Shown: one piece after another, positions 1-8,819 of the stretch
How positions within the stretch are numbered: the first letter of the stretch is position 1
How the letters are laid out: each line of letters opens with the position of its first letter
Source: Dubosiella newyorkensis
Lineage (GTDB): Bacteria; Bacillota_I; Bacilli_A; Erysipelotrichales; Erysipelotrichaceae
Assembly (NCBI RefSeq): GCF_001945605.1
Contig: NZ_MPKA01000139.1
Span: forward strand, 30,001 to 62,000
Direction of reading: 5' to 3'
DNA length: 32,000 bases
Made by a program: the position numbers and the translations under genes
The notes under the pieces: generated by a model
The model's database searches: none
Seen by the model: only the letters and a program-made list of their open reading frames with translations
Told to the model about the DNA's origin: nothing

Positions 1-1
1 T

Positions 2-1081
<1,080 letters not shown>

Positions 1082-1096
1082 GAATAAAATTTTCTA

Positions 1097-1123
1097 AGAG
1101 GCTCGAAAAGCCTCTTTTTTTTT
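1097..1123 (+). terminator. Rho-independent terminator after eno
   Basis: Stem AGAGGC (1097-1102) / GCCTCT (1110-1115) followed by a T-run to 1123. Confidence 0.8.
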
Positions 1124-1193
1124 GCAATTGACAAGCAAAAAACATATTTTAGTGGTTTAATGGAAAAGAATAAGTAAATATTGGAGGAAAAGT

Positions 1194-2441
1194 ATGGAAA
1201 GCTACCGTTATCTTCTCGATATTGCGATTATCTTGTTGTTCACCAAAGCATTTGGGATCTTCTCGAAAAAATTGAGGATGCCAAGTGTCGTGGGCGCTCT
1301 GATCGCGGGCATCGTATTAGGGCCTGCGGTTCTTCATATCGTAGAACCGAGCAATTTGATTTCTGCTCTTTCTGAAATTGGCGTCATCGTCCTGATGTTT
1401 TCTGCTGGTCTTGAAACGAGCATCACGGATTTAAAAAAAGCAGGGTTGAAAGCCTTTCTGATCGCTACTTTGGGTGTTTTTGTTCCATTGAGTGTTGGAT
1501 ATTTGATCGGCATGATCTATAATGTCGGACCTTCTGCATGGATCGAAAACTTGTTTATTGGTGTCATCTTTACCGCGACAAGTGTCGGCATCACAGTCGA
1601 GACGCTGAAGGAAATGCATTGCATGTCTACGGAGAGTGGCAATGTTATTTTGGCGGCTGCTGTGATCGATGATGTTCTTGGAATCATTTGCTTGACGCTC
1701 GTCACCGCCTTGGCGGATAGTTCTGTCGTGATCAGCACGGTCATGCTCAAGATCCTAGGCTTTTTTGTGTTCTCGATCGTGGTCGGTATCGCAATGCATA
1801 AAGTGTTCAAATGGTGGTTTAGTCATGATCCAAATCATGGTCTCCAACGGTATTCGATCGTATCGTTCGCGTTCGCTTTGATCATGGCGTATTGTGCGGA
1901 AGAGTTCTTTGGTGTCGCTGATATTACAGGAAGCTTTGTTGGTGGTCTGATCATTTCTGGAACGGCGCAATGTGAATATGTCACGAAGCGGATCGGGACT
2001 TTATCGTATATGTTGATCACACCGATCTTCTTTGCGAGTATCGGGCTCAAGCTTGAGCCGATCCAAGCTTCGTGGACGATGTTGGGTCTTGTTTTGATTT
2101 TGTGTGTAGCGGCTGTTTTGACCAAGATCGTTGGTTGTGGTCTTGGCGCGCTGATTTGTCGATATTCTCCTACGCAGGCATTGCGTATCGGATGCGGGAT
2201 GATTTCTCGTGGCGAGGTCGCCTTGATCATTGCGGATAAAGGGATGAGCTTGGGGATCTTGAACGAGTTCTTTGTCACTCCGATTTTGCTTTGTGTCGTA
2301 TTCACGACGGTCATCACGCCGATCTTGTTGAAGATCGTATATAAACATAAACCAGATGATCCTGATTTTACGCATCATGGAGAAACAAAAGTTGAAAAAC
2401 AAGAGATCCATGAAGCGCTCACGGATCCAATTGTCGAGTAA
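1194..2441 (+). CDS. Cation:proton antiporter, CPA2 (NapA/KefB-like) family
   Basis: 415-aa polytopic membrane protein. N-terminus LLDIAIILLFTKAFGIFSKKLRMPSVVGALIAGIVLGP is typical of Na+/H+-exchanger family proteins. GGAGG SD at 1183-1187, ATG at 1194. Confidence 0.85.
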   Translation: MESYRYLLDIAIILLFTKAFGIFSKKLRMPSVVGALIAGIVLGPAVLHIVEPSNLISALSEIGVIVLMFSAGLETSITDLKKAGLKAFLIATLGVFVPLSVGYLIGMIYNVGPSAWIENLFIGVIFTATSVGITVETLKEMHCMSTESGNVILAAAVIDDVLGIICLTLVTALADSSVVISTVMLKILGFFVFSIVVGIAMHKVFKWWFSHDPNHGLQRYSIVSFAFALIMAYCAEEFFGVADITGSFVGGLIISGTAQCEYVTKRIGTLSYMLITPIFFASIGLKLEPIQASWTMLGLVLILCVAAVLTKIVGCGLGALICRYSPTQALRIGCGMISRGEVALIIADKGMSLGILNEFFVTPILLCVVFTTVITPILLKIVYKHKPDDPDFTHHGETKVEKQEIHEALTDPIVE

Positions 2442-2445
2442 TGCA

Positions 2446-2470
2446 GGCCTGCTCTTTTAGCAGGTCTTTT
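2446..2470 (+). terminator. Rho-independent terminator
   Basis: CCTGCT (2448-2453) / AGCAGG (2459-2464), extendable by 2 bp, followed by TTTT. Confidence 0.7.
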
Positions 2471-2546
2471 ATTGTGGTAAAAAATGGCTTAAGACTTTCT
2501 AAAAAAGAATTAAAATAAAGTGGTAATTAAGAAGGAAGGAAAGATT

Positions 2547-3916
2547 ATGGGTTTGGCAGCATTGGCGCCATGGGTCGCAGGCTTTATTTTTTGTGTTCAT
2601 GTTTATCCTTGTGATCACGGAAAAGTTTGAACGTCACATCGTTACTTTAGGGTGTGGGGAGGCTGTCTTGGTGATCGTGTTTGGCTTTTGTTTGCGCTCG
2701 TGGCAGGCGGCATGGTATACGCTAAACATTCAAAATATCTTTACTTTAGATTTCTGGTATTCGGCATCTGAAAGTGCCAAGTCTTCTTCAGGAATCAACT
2801 GGGCGACGATCTTATTCATTGCGGGAATGATGATCATGGTGGAAGGGATAGCTTCGGCTGGTTTCTTTCGTTCGCTTTGTTTGCGGTTTGCGAAACTCGT
2901 CAAGTATCGTTCGACAAGGATTTTTTTTTGTTTTTATGATCATGTCTGCCATCTTGGCGATGTTTATCGATAGTATCACGGTGATCTTGTTTTTGGCGGC
3001 TGTGACTGTCGAGTTGGCGCAGCTTTTGAAATTTGATCCGGTTCCTGTGATCTTGGCGGAGATCTTTTGCGCGAATCTTGGGGGTGCGGCGACGATGTGC
3101 GGCGATCCGCCTAACATTATTATCGGAACGGCTTTAGGCTATTCTTTTTCTGATTTTATAAACAATACGGGGATGATCGCTGGAATTTCGCTGTTCTTTG
3201 TCGTACTCTACTTTTGGTTTTGTTTTGCGAAGAAATTAAAAAAGAGCGAAGCGTATTTAGAACAGATCGACTCTTTTCCAGATCCATCTCAAGCGATCTT
3301 GAATAGGATGTGTTTTATTCAATCGACTTTGATTTTTTTGCTTGCGATCGTTTTGCTTGTTTCGCATGCGTATACGCATTTGACGGTCGCTTTTATTGGT
3401 GTGTTCATCGCTTTGCTCACATTAGTTTGCGCAGGCTCTCAGGCGAAAGATTTGCTGAAACAAGTCGACTATAAGACGTTGTTGTTTTTTGTGGGGTTGT
3501 TCGTGGTCGTTGGCGGTTTGGAAGAAACGGGTGTTCTAGAAATCGTGGCGGAATGGATTGCAAATTGGTCGAATGGAAATATTTATTTGATGGTTTTGGT
3601 CATTTTATGGGTTTCTGCTGTGGCTAGCGCGGTCGTTGATAATATTCCGTTTGCGGCGACGATGATTCCGATCATTCGGATGTTGGCGCAAAGTCAATCG
3701 GTTCCTTTGACGACATTGGCTTGGACGTTGTCGATGGGTACGGATGTTGGTGGTTCTGCCACGCCGATTGGCGCAAGCGCCAATGTGGTGGGCACGGCTG
3801 TGGCGATGAAGGCGGGTTATCCGATCTCATGGGGAAAATATTGTAGATATTGTGTGACGGCGACGTTGCTTGTGGTCATGATTTCGATGGTTTGTATTTT
3901 TGTGCGGTATGTGTAG
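2547..3916 (+). pseudogene. ArsB/NhaD-superfamily (anion/citrate-transporter-like) permease, reading frame broken twice at homopolymers
   Basis: SD AAGGAAGGAAAG precedes ATG 2547 (MGLAALAPWVAGFIF...), which stops after 27 codons. The frame continues at +1 after T6 (2587-2592) as VFMFILVITEKFERH... It shifts +1 again at T9 (2921-2929) into ...IMSAILAMFIDSITVILFLAAV...ANLGGAATMCGDPPNIIIG..., ending at 3916. The joined product is ~455 aa with the family's typical layout. Confidence 0.7.
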
Positions 3917-3928
3917 AGGGAAGAGACT

Positions 3929-4517
3929 ATGATTATAACGATTTCAAGAGAGTTTGGTAGTGGGGGTCGGGATATTTCGCGGGCATTGGCTGCCCATTAT
4001 GATGTGCCGTTGTATGATCAAAATATGTTGAGCGAGATCGGGATCGATGAGAGTTATGATATCGACCGGATCAATCAATACGATGAGGCGCCTCGTTGGA
4101 TGATCCGTTCTCGAACGGTTCGGGGGTTGACGAATTCGAATATCGACAATATCGCGATGAAGGAGTTTGACTTTTTGCGCGAGAAGGCGAGGGTCAAAGA
4201 ATCGTTTATCGTTCTTGGTCATTGTGGGGAAAGCATTTTGAAAGAATATGATCCGATTTCGATTTTTGTGAACGCGAGCATGGATTTGCGGATCGAGCGG
4301 ACGATGCAAGAGTTTGAACTCGATGAAAAAGAGGCGTATGCGCTGACCAAAAAAAACGGATCGCAATCGCAAGATGTATCATAATTACTATTGCGACAAT
4401 AAATGGGATGATTCTCGGTATTATGATTTGTGTATCGAGTCTTCGACGCTTGGGGTGGACGAAACGATCGATTTTTTGATCGATTTTATTGACCGTTGTA
4501 TCGAAGCAAGAAAATAA
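3929..4517 (+). pseudogene. Cytidylate kinase-like family protein (AAA/P-loop-like), frameshifted at an A8 run
   Basis: N-terminus MIITISREFGSGGRDISRALA is typical of the family. The ORF stops at 4384, but the +1 frame after A8 (4349-4356) reads KKTDRNRKMYHNYYCDNKWDDSRYYDLCIESSTLGVDETIDFL..., the conserved C-terminus. Stop TAA 4515-4517. Confidence 0.75.
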
Positions 4518-4560
4518 AAAAACATAATTATAAAAAAATGAATCAATCTTTTCGGATATG

Positions 4561-4569
4561 TGCTATAAT
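4561..4569 (+). promoter_or_regulatory. Extended -10 promoter element (TGCTATAAT)
   Basis: Exact TGnTATAAT at 4561-4569, about 34 nt upstream of ATG 4603. The -35 is weak. Confidence 0.5.
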
Positions 4570-4602
4570 TTGTAAAACAAGCGCTTACAAGAAAGGTACA
4601 TT

Positions 4603-4695
4603 ATGGAAAGATTGACAGAAAAAAAGGGAACTACGGCCGAAAAAACGGTCATTCTTGGTCTGCTTATGATCGCATTGGTCTTAGCGAGCCTGTAA
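4603..4695 (+). CDS. Small hydrophobic peptide, 30 aa (MERLTEKKGTTAEKTVILGLLMIALVLASL)
   Basis: Below the ORF-track size cutoff. Has SD GAAAGG 4591-4596 at good spacing, its own extended -10 promoter upstream, and an intrinsic terminator starting 9 nt after the stop. Polar N-half, single TM-like C-half. Confidence 0.4.
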   Translation: MERLTEKKGTTAEKTVILGLLMIALVLASL

Positions 4696-4703
4696 AATGG
4701 AAA

Positions 4704-4731
4704 GTCATGCTCAATGATGCATGGCTTTTTT
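4704..4731 (+). terminator. Rho-independent terminator / possible attenuator
   Basis: 7-bp stem GTCATGC (4704-4710) / GCATGGC (4719-4725) with one G-U pair, 8-nt loop, T6 at 4726-4731. Confidence 0.7.
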
Positions 4732-4760
4732 CAAGAATAGAAGAGATAGAAAGGATGAAT

Positions 4761-5789
4761 ATGAAGAAATCAAAAAAATGGATCGTATGGACGATCATGA
4801 TAGTTTTCGTTGTTGGCTGCTTGATCATTTTTGTTCCGAATAAAAAAGAAGTGGTGCACGATGACTTTGATTTTTGGAAAGAAACGTATGATATTCTTGC
4901 CAAGAAAATCGGTGGGCTTAAATTTGAGGACGCCTCTTGGAAGATCGTCTTGCAGGATCGAAAGAATGCAGTGGAGGCGGAATATCCTGGTCTTTTGATC
5001 CAATATGCAGAAGACGAAAACGATCGCCAGACGAAAACGAGCTTGAGCATGAATGAAGATTCCTCAAAGGATAAAGCGGTTGAATTCGTGTATGAGGTCA
5101 GCGAATTCGATGGAGACAATTTAAAGGCGGAGAAAGAATTTGTGTTGCGCTCCACCGACTATAAAGCTGAACAATTTAAGACGATTTATCGGGTGTATGA
5201 GTATCTGAATGGCGTGTTTGATCGTACGGATACCAAGGAAGGGTCTTTGACGATCCATGGAAATGAGGTCGATTATGACGAGCTTCCCTTGATGAAGGAG
5301 GCATTTGAGCACTTCGATCTTTTACTTGAAAATATGGAAAACGAGTTTGGTGTTTCTTATGAGGGAACAAATTTTATCGGTGTTCCTACGATCGAGTTTT
5401 CGAAAGAGATAGCGCAGGATATTCAGTCGAAAGATTATTTTAGTGAAGTCCACTATAACGCGAAAGGGTATGGGATCGTGACGTTTTTGATGGTTGACGA
5501 GGATGAAAAGGTGGCTTCGTATGGCACCTATGATGTCACGCGTCAAGGATATGGATTCCGGTATGATATGGCTTTAGTGCCACGGACGATAGAACAATGT
5601 TTTGATTTGGAAACACCAGCGGATATTGAAAAAGAAATGGTTTATTTTGATGGCGAAAGAGCGTATATTTATCCCGCTGATTGGAGAGATGAGGATATTC
5701 TTTCGGATGTAAATCAAGGAGCAGAGAACGCGGTGGCTGTATTAAGTACGCAAAATAAAAGCTATACTGATTATGAAAGAATCCCCTAA
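4761..5789 (+). CDS. Hypothetical membrane-anchored (signal-anchor or lipoprotein-like) protein
   Basis: ORF-track frame 4707-5789. The 4707 start lies inside the terminator hairpin. ATG 4761 follows AAGGA (4751-4755). N-terminus is MKKSKKWIVWTIMIVFVVGCLIIFVP (basic n-region plus hydrophobic helix, possible lipobox VVGC). The rest is acidic and soluble, with no family recognised. Confidence 0.7.
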   Translation: MKKSKKWIVWTIMIVFVVGCLIIFVPNKKEVVHDDFDFWKETYDILAKKIGGLKFEDASWKIVLQDRKNAVEAEYPGLLIQYAEDENDRQTKTSLSMNEDSSKDKAVEFVYEVSEFDGDNLKAEKEFVLRSTDYKAEQFKTIYRVYEYLNGVFDRTDTKEGSLTIHGNEVDYDELPLMKEAFEHFDLLLENMENEFGVSYEGTNFIGVPTIEFSKEIAQDIQSKDYFSEVHYNAKGYGIVTFLMVDEDEKVASYGTYDVTRQGYGFRYDMALVPRTIEQCFDLETPADIEKEMVYFDGERAYIYPADWRDEDILSDVNQGAENAVAVLSTQNKSYTDYERIP

Positions 5790-5970
5790 AAATCTGGGTC
5801 GCTAAAAAACATTCTCATCAGGAAATGTGCCAGTTGATCGCATGATTTTCTGGCATTTCATATTTATACCCTATGCATGAGAGGTTGTTTTTATTCCTAA
5901 GACGTAGCTTTTCATTCTGTCTAATATTTGTTACTCTAATAATAAACAAAAATTAGAAAGGGCTTAAAAT

Positions 5971-6681
5971 ATGAAAATATTAATCTGTGATAACAATCCT
6001 GATGATATTCATCATCTATCCCATTTACTTAACGAGTATTGCGAGTATAGACAACTTGTGATTCAAGACATAAAGATTTGTCATCATTCAAATGAAGTAT
6101 TCCGTTCAATTCAGGATTGTGATCTCTTATTTCTGGATGTTGAATTAGATGACGAAAACGGAATTGATATAGGGATGCAGATCAAAACAATGAATTGTCG
6201 CATTAGGATCATTATCACATCTGCTTTTCAGGATTATCTAATTGCCGGATATAAAATCAACGCTTGTCGTTATTTACTTAAGCCGATAGAAAAAATTGAA
6301 TTTTTTATCGAAATGGATTCGATCATGAATGATTATTTTAAAAATCAGCAGGGATTTTATGAAAGAACAATTCAGCCAGGAAAGATTTTTTATCATCAGA
6401 TTCTTTTTATTGAAGCATATAATCGAAAAACACAGATCACATTAGAAAACGGAAAATCAGGTATCGTGAAGCATTCATTATCCGAGTGGATCGAAATACT
6501 AAAAGAACAGCCTTTTGATCAATCCCATAAGTCTGTTGTTGTCAATTTCAAAGCAATCCAAACAATTGGTAAACAGGACATTTATTTACACAATGGACAA
6601 ACCGTTCCGGTTTCGCGCCATTATCGAAAAAGCTTTTTGCAGAACTATATCAACTATTTACAATGCGAGGATTACGAATGA
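5971..6681 (+). CDS. LytTR-family (LytR/AlgR-type) response regulator
   Basis: Receiver domain with acceptor Asp in LLFLDVELDD, IIITSAF and YLLKP. C-terminal LytTR domain (ILFIEAYNRKTQITLENG...SHKSVVVNFKAIQTI...VPVSRHYRKSF). SD AGAAAGGG lies upstream. Confidence 0.9.
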   Translation: MKILICDNNPDDIHHLSHLLNEYCEYRQLVIQDIKICHHSNEVFRSIQDCDLLFLDVELDDENGIDIGMQIKTMNCRIRIIITSAFQDYLIAGYKINACRYLLKPIEKIEFFIEMDSIMNDYFKNQQGFYERTIQPGKIFYHQILFIEAYNRKTQITLENGKSGIVKHSLSEWIEILKEQPFDQSHKSVVVNFKAIQTIGKQDIYLHNGQTVPVSRHYRKSFLQNYINYLQCEDYE

Positions 6682-7916
6682 TATTTTTATTTTTGTTCAA
6701 CACTATTTATCTAGTCATAGCTTTTTATATAGGAAAAGAAATTATATCCGCAAGCATTTCTATAAAAAAGAACAGATTGTTTCTTATAGGGTTGTGGTTA
6801 TTCTTGAATTTGGGAAATATTCCTATGTTTAGCTCCTGGAACGAAATCTTGGTTTTTTTTGCTTCGATTGCCTTATACCGCTTTCTGTTTAAACTTCCAT
6901 GGTCAAAAGTTGTTCCTATTGCTTTTTGCTTTTTTTCAATCGCAAGTATTACAAAATATATTGGTGGATTATTATCTATATTCGAGATGTCTTTTAATGC
7001 ACAAAACGAGGTATATACGAATGTATATTTTTTGACGCTCGCTTTGGCGATTCTTACTCTTTGGGGTTTTATAAAAATACTGGTCCATACTTTCCAGTTG
7101 TTTGATCAAAAAGTGCTTCCTTCTTATAGCTGGATTTTTATATTTCTTCCACTCTCTATTTTTGCTTTATTTTTAAACGCAGAAGATTATTTCAAAGTAC
7201 TGGAATCACAACGCATAGTTATCGCACTGTTTCTCATTTTTGTCGTGTCCAATTTCATCTTGTCCTTTTTGCACTCTAAACTTACATCTGTAATGGAAAT
7301 TGAAACCGAACTTGGAATTCAAAAGGAAAAAGAAAAACAGTTACTAAATCAAATAGAATTTTTAAATCAGCAACATAAATTAAACATGTCATTTGTTCAT
7401 GAACTTTTACAAAAAGAGAATAAAATTGTCTCTTTAATAAAAGAAGGGAATGAACGCGAAGCAATATCTACACTAGAATCCTTGGCACAAAATACATTTC
7501 AGGAATTTAATGGAATTCTTACCGAATCAAACGTTTTCAATGCGATCATTACGCAATTCCATCCTCGAATTCATCAGGCAGGATTTCAATTAAGAACGAC
7601 AATTTCGATCAATGATTTTGAATTTATGAATTTATCGGAACAATATGATTTTTTTTATCATTTGATTGATAATCTCCTTCATTGCGCAGAAAAACGAATT
7701 ACTAAAACAGATCAATCAATTATTATCACTTGTAAACGCAACAAATCTTTTCGTAAAATTGAATGCTTCATTCCGTTATCCACTCAAAACTTCGATTGTG
7801 ATTTTGATGATAATTTTGCTTCTAAATATCATTTAAAAATACAGCATCAAAAACTGGAAGAGTATAAAAAAGAAAAAATAGAATTGTTATTGAGCGATTT
7901 ACAACCTGTTAAGTAA
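6678..7916 (+). CDS. HPK10/SpoOB-type membrane sensor histidine kinase homologue with degenerate ATP-binding domain
   Basis: ATGA start/stop overlap with the regulator (ATG 6678, TGA 6679-6681), GAGG SD at 6667-6670. About 6 predicted TM helices, a coiled linker, H-box-like SFVHELLQ and N-box-like LIDNLLHCAEK. The last ~110 residues contain no glycine. Confidence 0.8.
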   Translation: MIFLFLFNTIYLVIAFYIGKEIISASISIKKNRLFLIGLWLFLNLGNIPMFSSWNEILVFFASIALYRFLFKLPWSKVVPIAFCFFSIASITKYIGGLLSIFEMSFNAQNEVYTNVYFLTLALAILTLWGFIKILVHTFQLFDQKVLPSYSWIFIFLPLSIFALFLNAEDYFKVLESQRIVIALFLIFVVSNFILSFLHSKLTSVMEIETELGIQKEKEKQLLNQIEFLNQQHKLNMSFVHELLQKENKIVSLIKEGNEREAISTLESLAQNTFQEFNGILTESNVFNAIITQFHPRIHQAGFQLRTTISINDFEFMNLSEQYDFFYHLIDNLLHCAEKRITKTDQSIIITCKRNKSFRKIECFIPLSTQNFDCDFDDNFASKYHLKIQHQKLEEYKKEKIELLLSDLQPVK

Positions 7917-8052
7917 AATAAGTACCTGTTGTTCCTGATTGCTGGATATAAATAAATAGTCATTTATAATAGATTTAACAAATAATTATTTGGATAACAG
8001 AAAATCTCTCATACCGGTTTCAGAGATCCATAGTTAGAAAAGGAAAGCTATT

Positions 8053-8579
8053 ATGAATACTATAAAAAAATAAGTCAAATAATCATAACTACTATTTTTT
8101 GTGTTTCTCTTAGTTCCGAACATATTTTTGCAACCGAAAGGGTAGATCCTGAAGTTTCAGATAATCCGGAAACTTCCACAAACGCAGAACCATATAATGA
8201 AGACACGAGAATGTATTCATTGGATGAATATATGAAAACATTTTCTCAGGATATGTCTTCCAATGAAATAATCTTGCCTGACTATTCATCTTTGGATTTA
8301 GGTCTCGCACCATTGAGTTATTTACGCTATACTTCCTATATCTATGATGCGAGCGGCAATCAACTTGGTACAGTTACACTCGATGCAGAAACCGCAATAA
8401 TTGGTGGAAGACCACAATTCGTATATGATAAGTGTTACTTAGGTCATCCATCTGCTTATAACGGATGGCCTTGCGTAGACTCAAGTCTATCTTTCTCGGG
8501 AGACCGAATTGTTGTTTATGCTACATTCTCAAATGGATATTTTCAACAAAGCGGTTCAGCTGTATTTTATCCTCAATAA
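8053..8579 (+). pseudogene. Secreted hypothetical protein (~175 aa if repaired), broken at an A7 run
   Basis: SD AAAGGAAAG precedes ATG 8053, giving MNTIKK then TAA. Adding one A to A7 (8064-8070) joins it to the frame of ORF 8211-8579. The joined product starts MNTIKKISQIIITTIFCVSLSSEHIFA/TERVDPE..., a classic signal peptide with an IFA cleavage-like site. The frame is open from 8070. Confidence 0.55.
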
Positions 8580-8615
8580 ATCGTACTTCTCTAATAAATA
8601 AGATAAATTTAATCA

Positions 8616-8777
8616 ATGAAAACTAAAAAGCATATTTTTGCTATTCTTATTTTCATCCTGATTATCGTGGGAATCTTAGCAGGTTATTTTCGTTCCTTTC
8701 AAAATACCCAAAGTATAGATGATCAGAAAATGTATACCCTTGATGAGTATCAGGAAAAATTTGACCATAGCAAATGA
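8616..8777 (+). CDS. 53-aa membrane/secreted mini-paralogue of the upstream gene
   Basis: MKTKKHIFAILIFILIIVGILAGYFRSFQNTQSIDDQKMYTLDEYQEKFDHSK. Shares the M-x-T-x-KK plus hydrophobic N-terminus and the motif MY[ST]LDEY-x2-[KT]F with the 8053 gene, and the similarity is visible at nucleotide level. No clear SD. Confidence 0.4.
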   Translation: MKTKKHIFAILIFILIIVGILAGYFRSFQNTQSIDDQKMYTLDEYQEKFDHSK

Positions 8778-8792
8778 AAAGATCTTCAAAAG

Positions 8793-8819
8793 AATCGGCC
8801 TATCCCCGGTCGATTTTTT
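8793..8819 (+). terminator. Rho-independent terminator
   Basis: AATCGGCC (8793-8800) / GGTCGATT (8808-8815) with one G-U pair, and a T-run at 8814-8819. Confidence 0.6.

Noticed and set aside
1128-1161. Perfect TTGACA at 1128-1133 upstream of the antiporter gene, considered as a promoter -35.
   Set aside because: The nearest -10-like element (TGGTTTAAT, 1153-1161) is 22 nt away, outside the 16-18 nt window, so the promoter cannot be placed with confidence.
4707-4760. ORF-track start codons that extend genes upstream: 4707 for the 360-aa protein, 13147 for the phosphoesterase, 12141 for thiT, 17049 for coaD, 17531 for rnc, 28540 for corA, 6663 for the kinase.
   Set aside because: Each extension runs through a terminator hairpin, a riboswitch or the preceding gene. 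In every case an internal ATG with a proper SD or an ATGA overlap gives the family-typical N-terminus.
5841-5956. 12-codon (MIFWHFIFIPYA) and 27-codon (MHERLFLFLRRSFSFCLIFVTLIINKN) ORFs upstream of the LytTR regulator, considered as autoinducing-peptide precursors.
   Set aside because: Neither has an SD, a double-glycine or AgrD-like motif, or a processing enzyme nearby. AT-rich DNA readily yields such ORFs, and this cannot be supported from sequence alone.
6515-6832. 105-aa ORF spanning the regulator/kinase junction.
   Set aside because: It is out of frame with both real genes and entirely overlapped by them, with no SD.
7971-8000. TTAACA / ATAACA at a 20-bp period upstream of the 8053 gene, considered as LytTR direct-repeat binding sites.
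   Set aside because: Only 5 of 6 nt are shared, the match to the LytTR consensus is weak, and the same repeat is absent upstream of the regulator gene. It is listed only as something to test.
8775-8777. TGA read as Trp (genetic code 4), or read-through joining the 53-aa ORF to the 71 open sense codons behind it.
   Set aside because: TGA clearly functions as a stop in this window: the ATGA overlaps at 6678, 17094, 17564 and 23233 give family-typical protein ends. A terminator hairpin also lies inside the putative extension.
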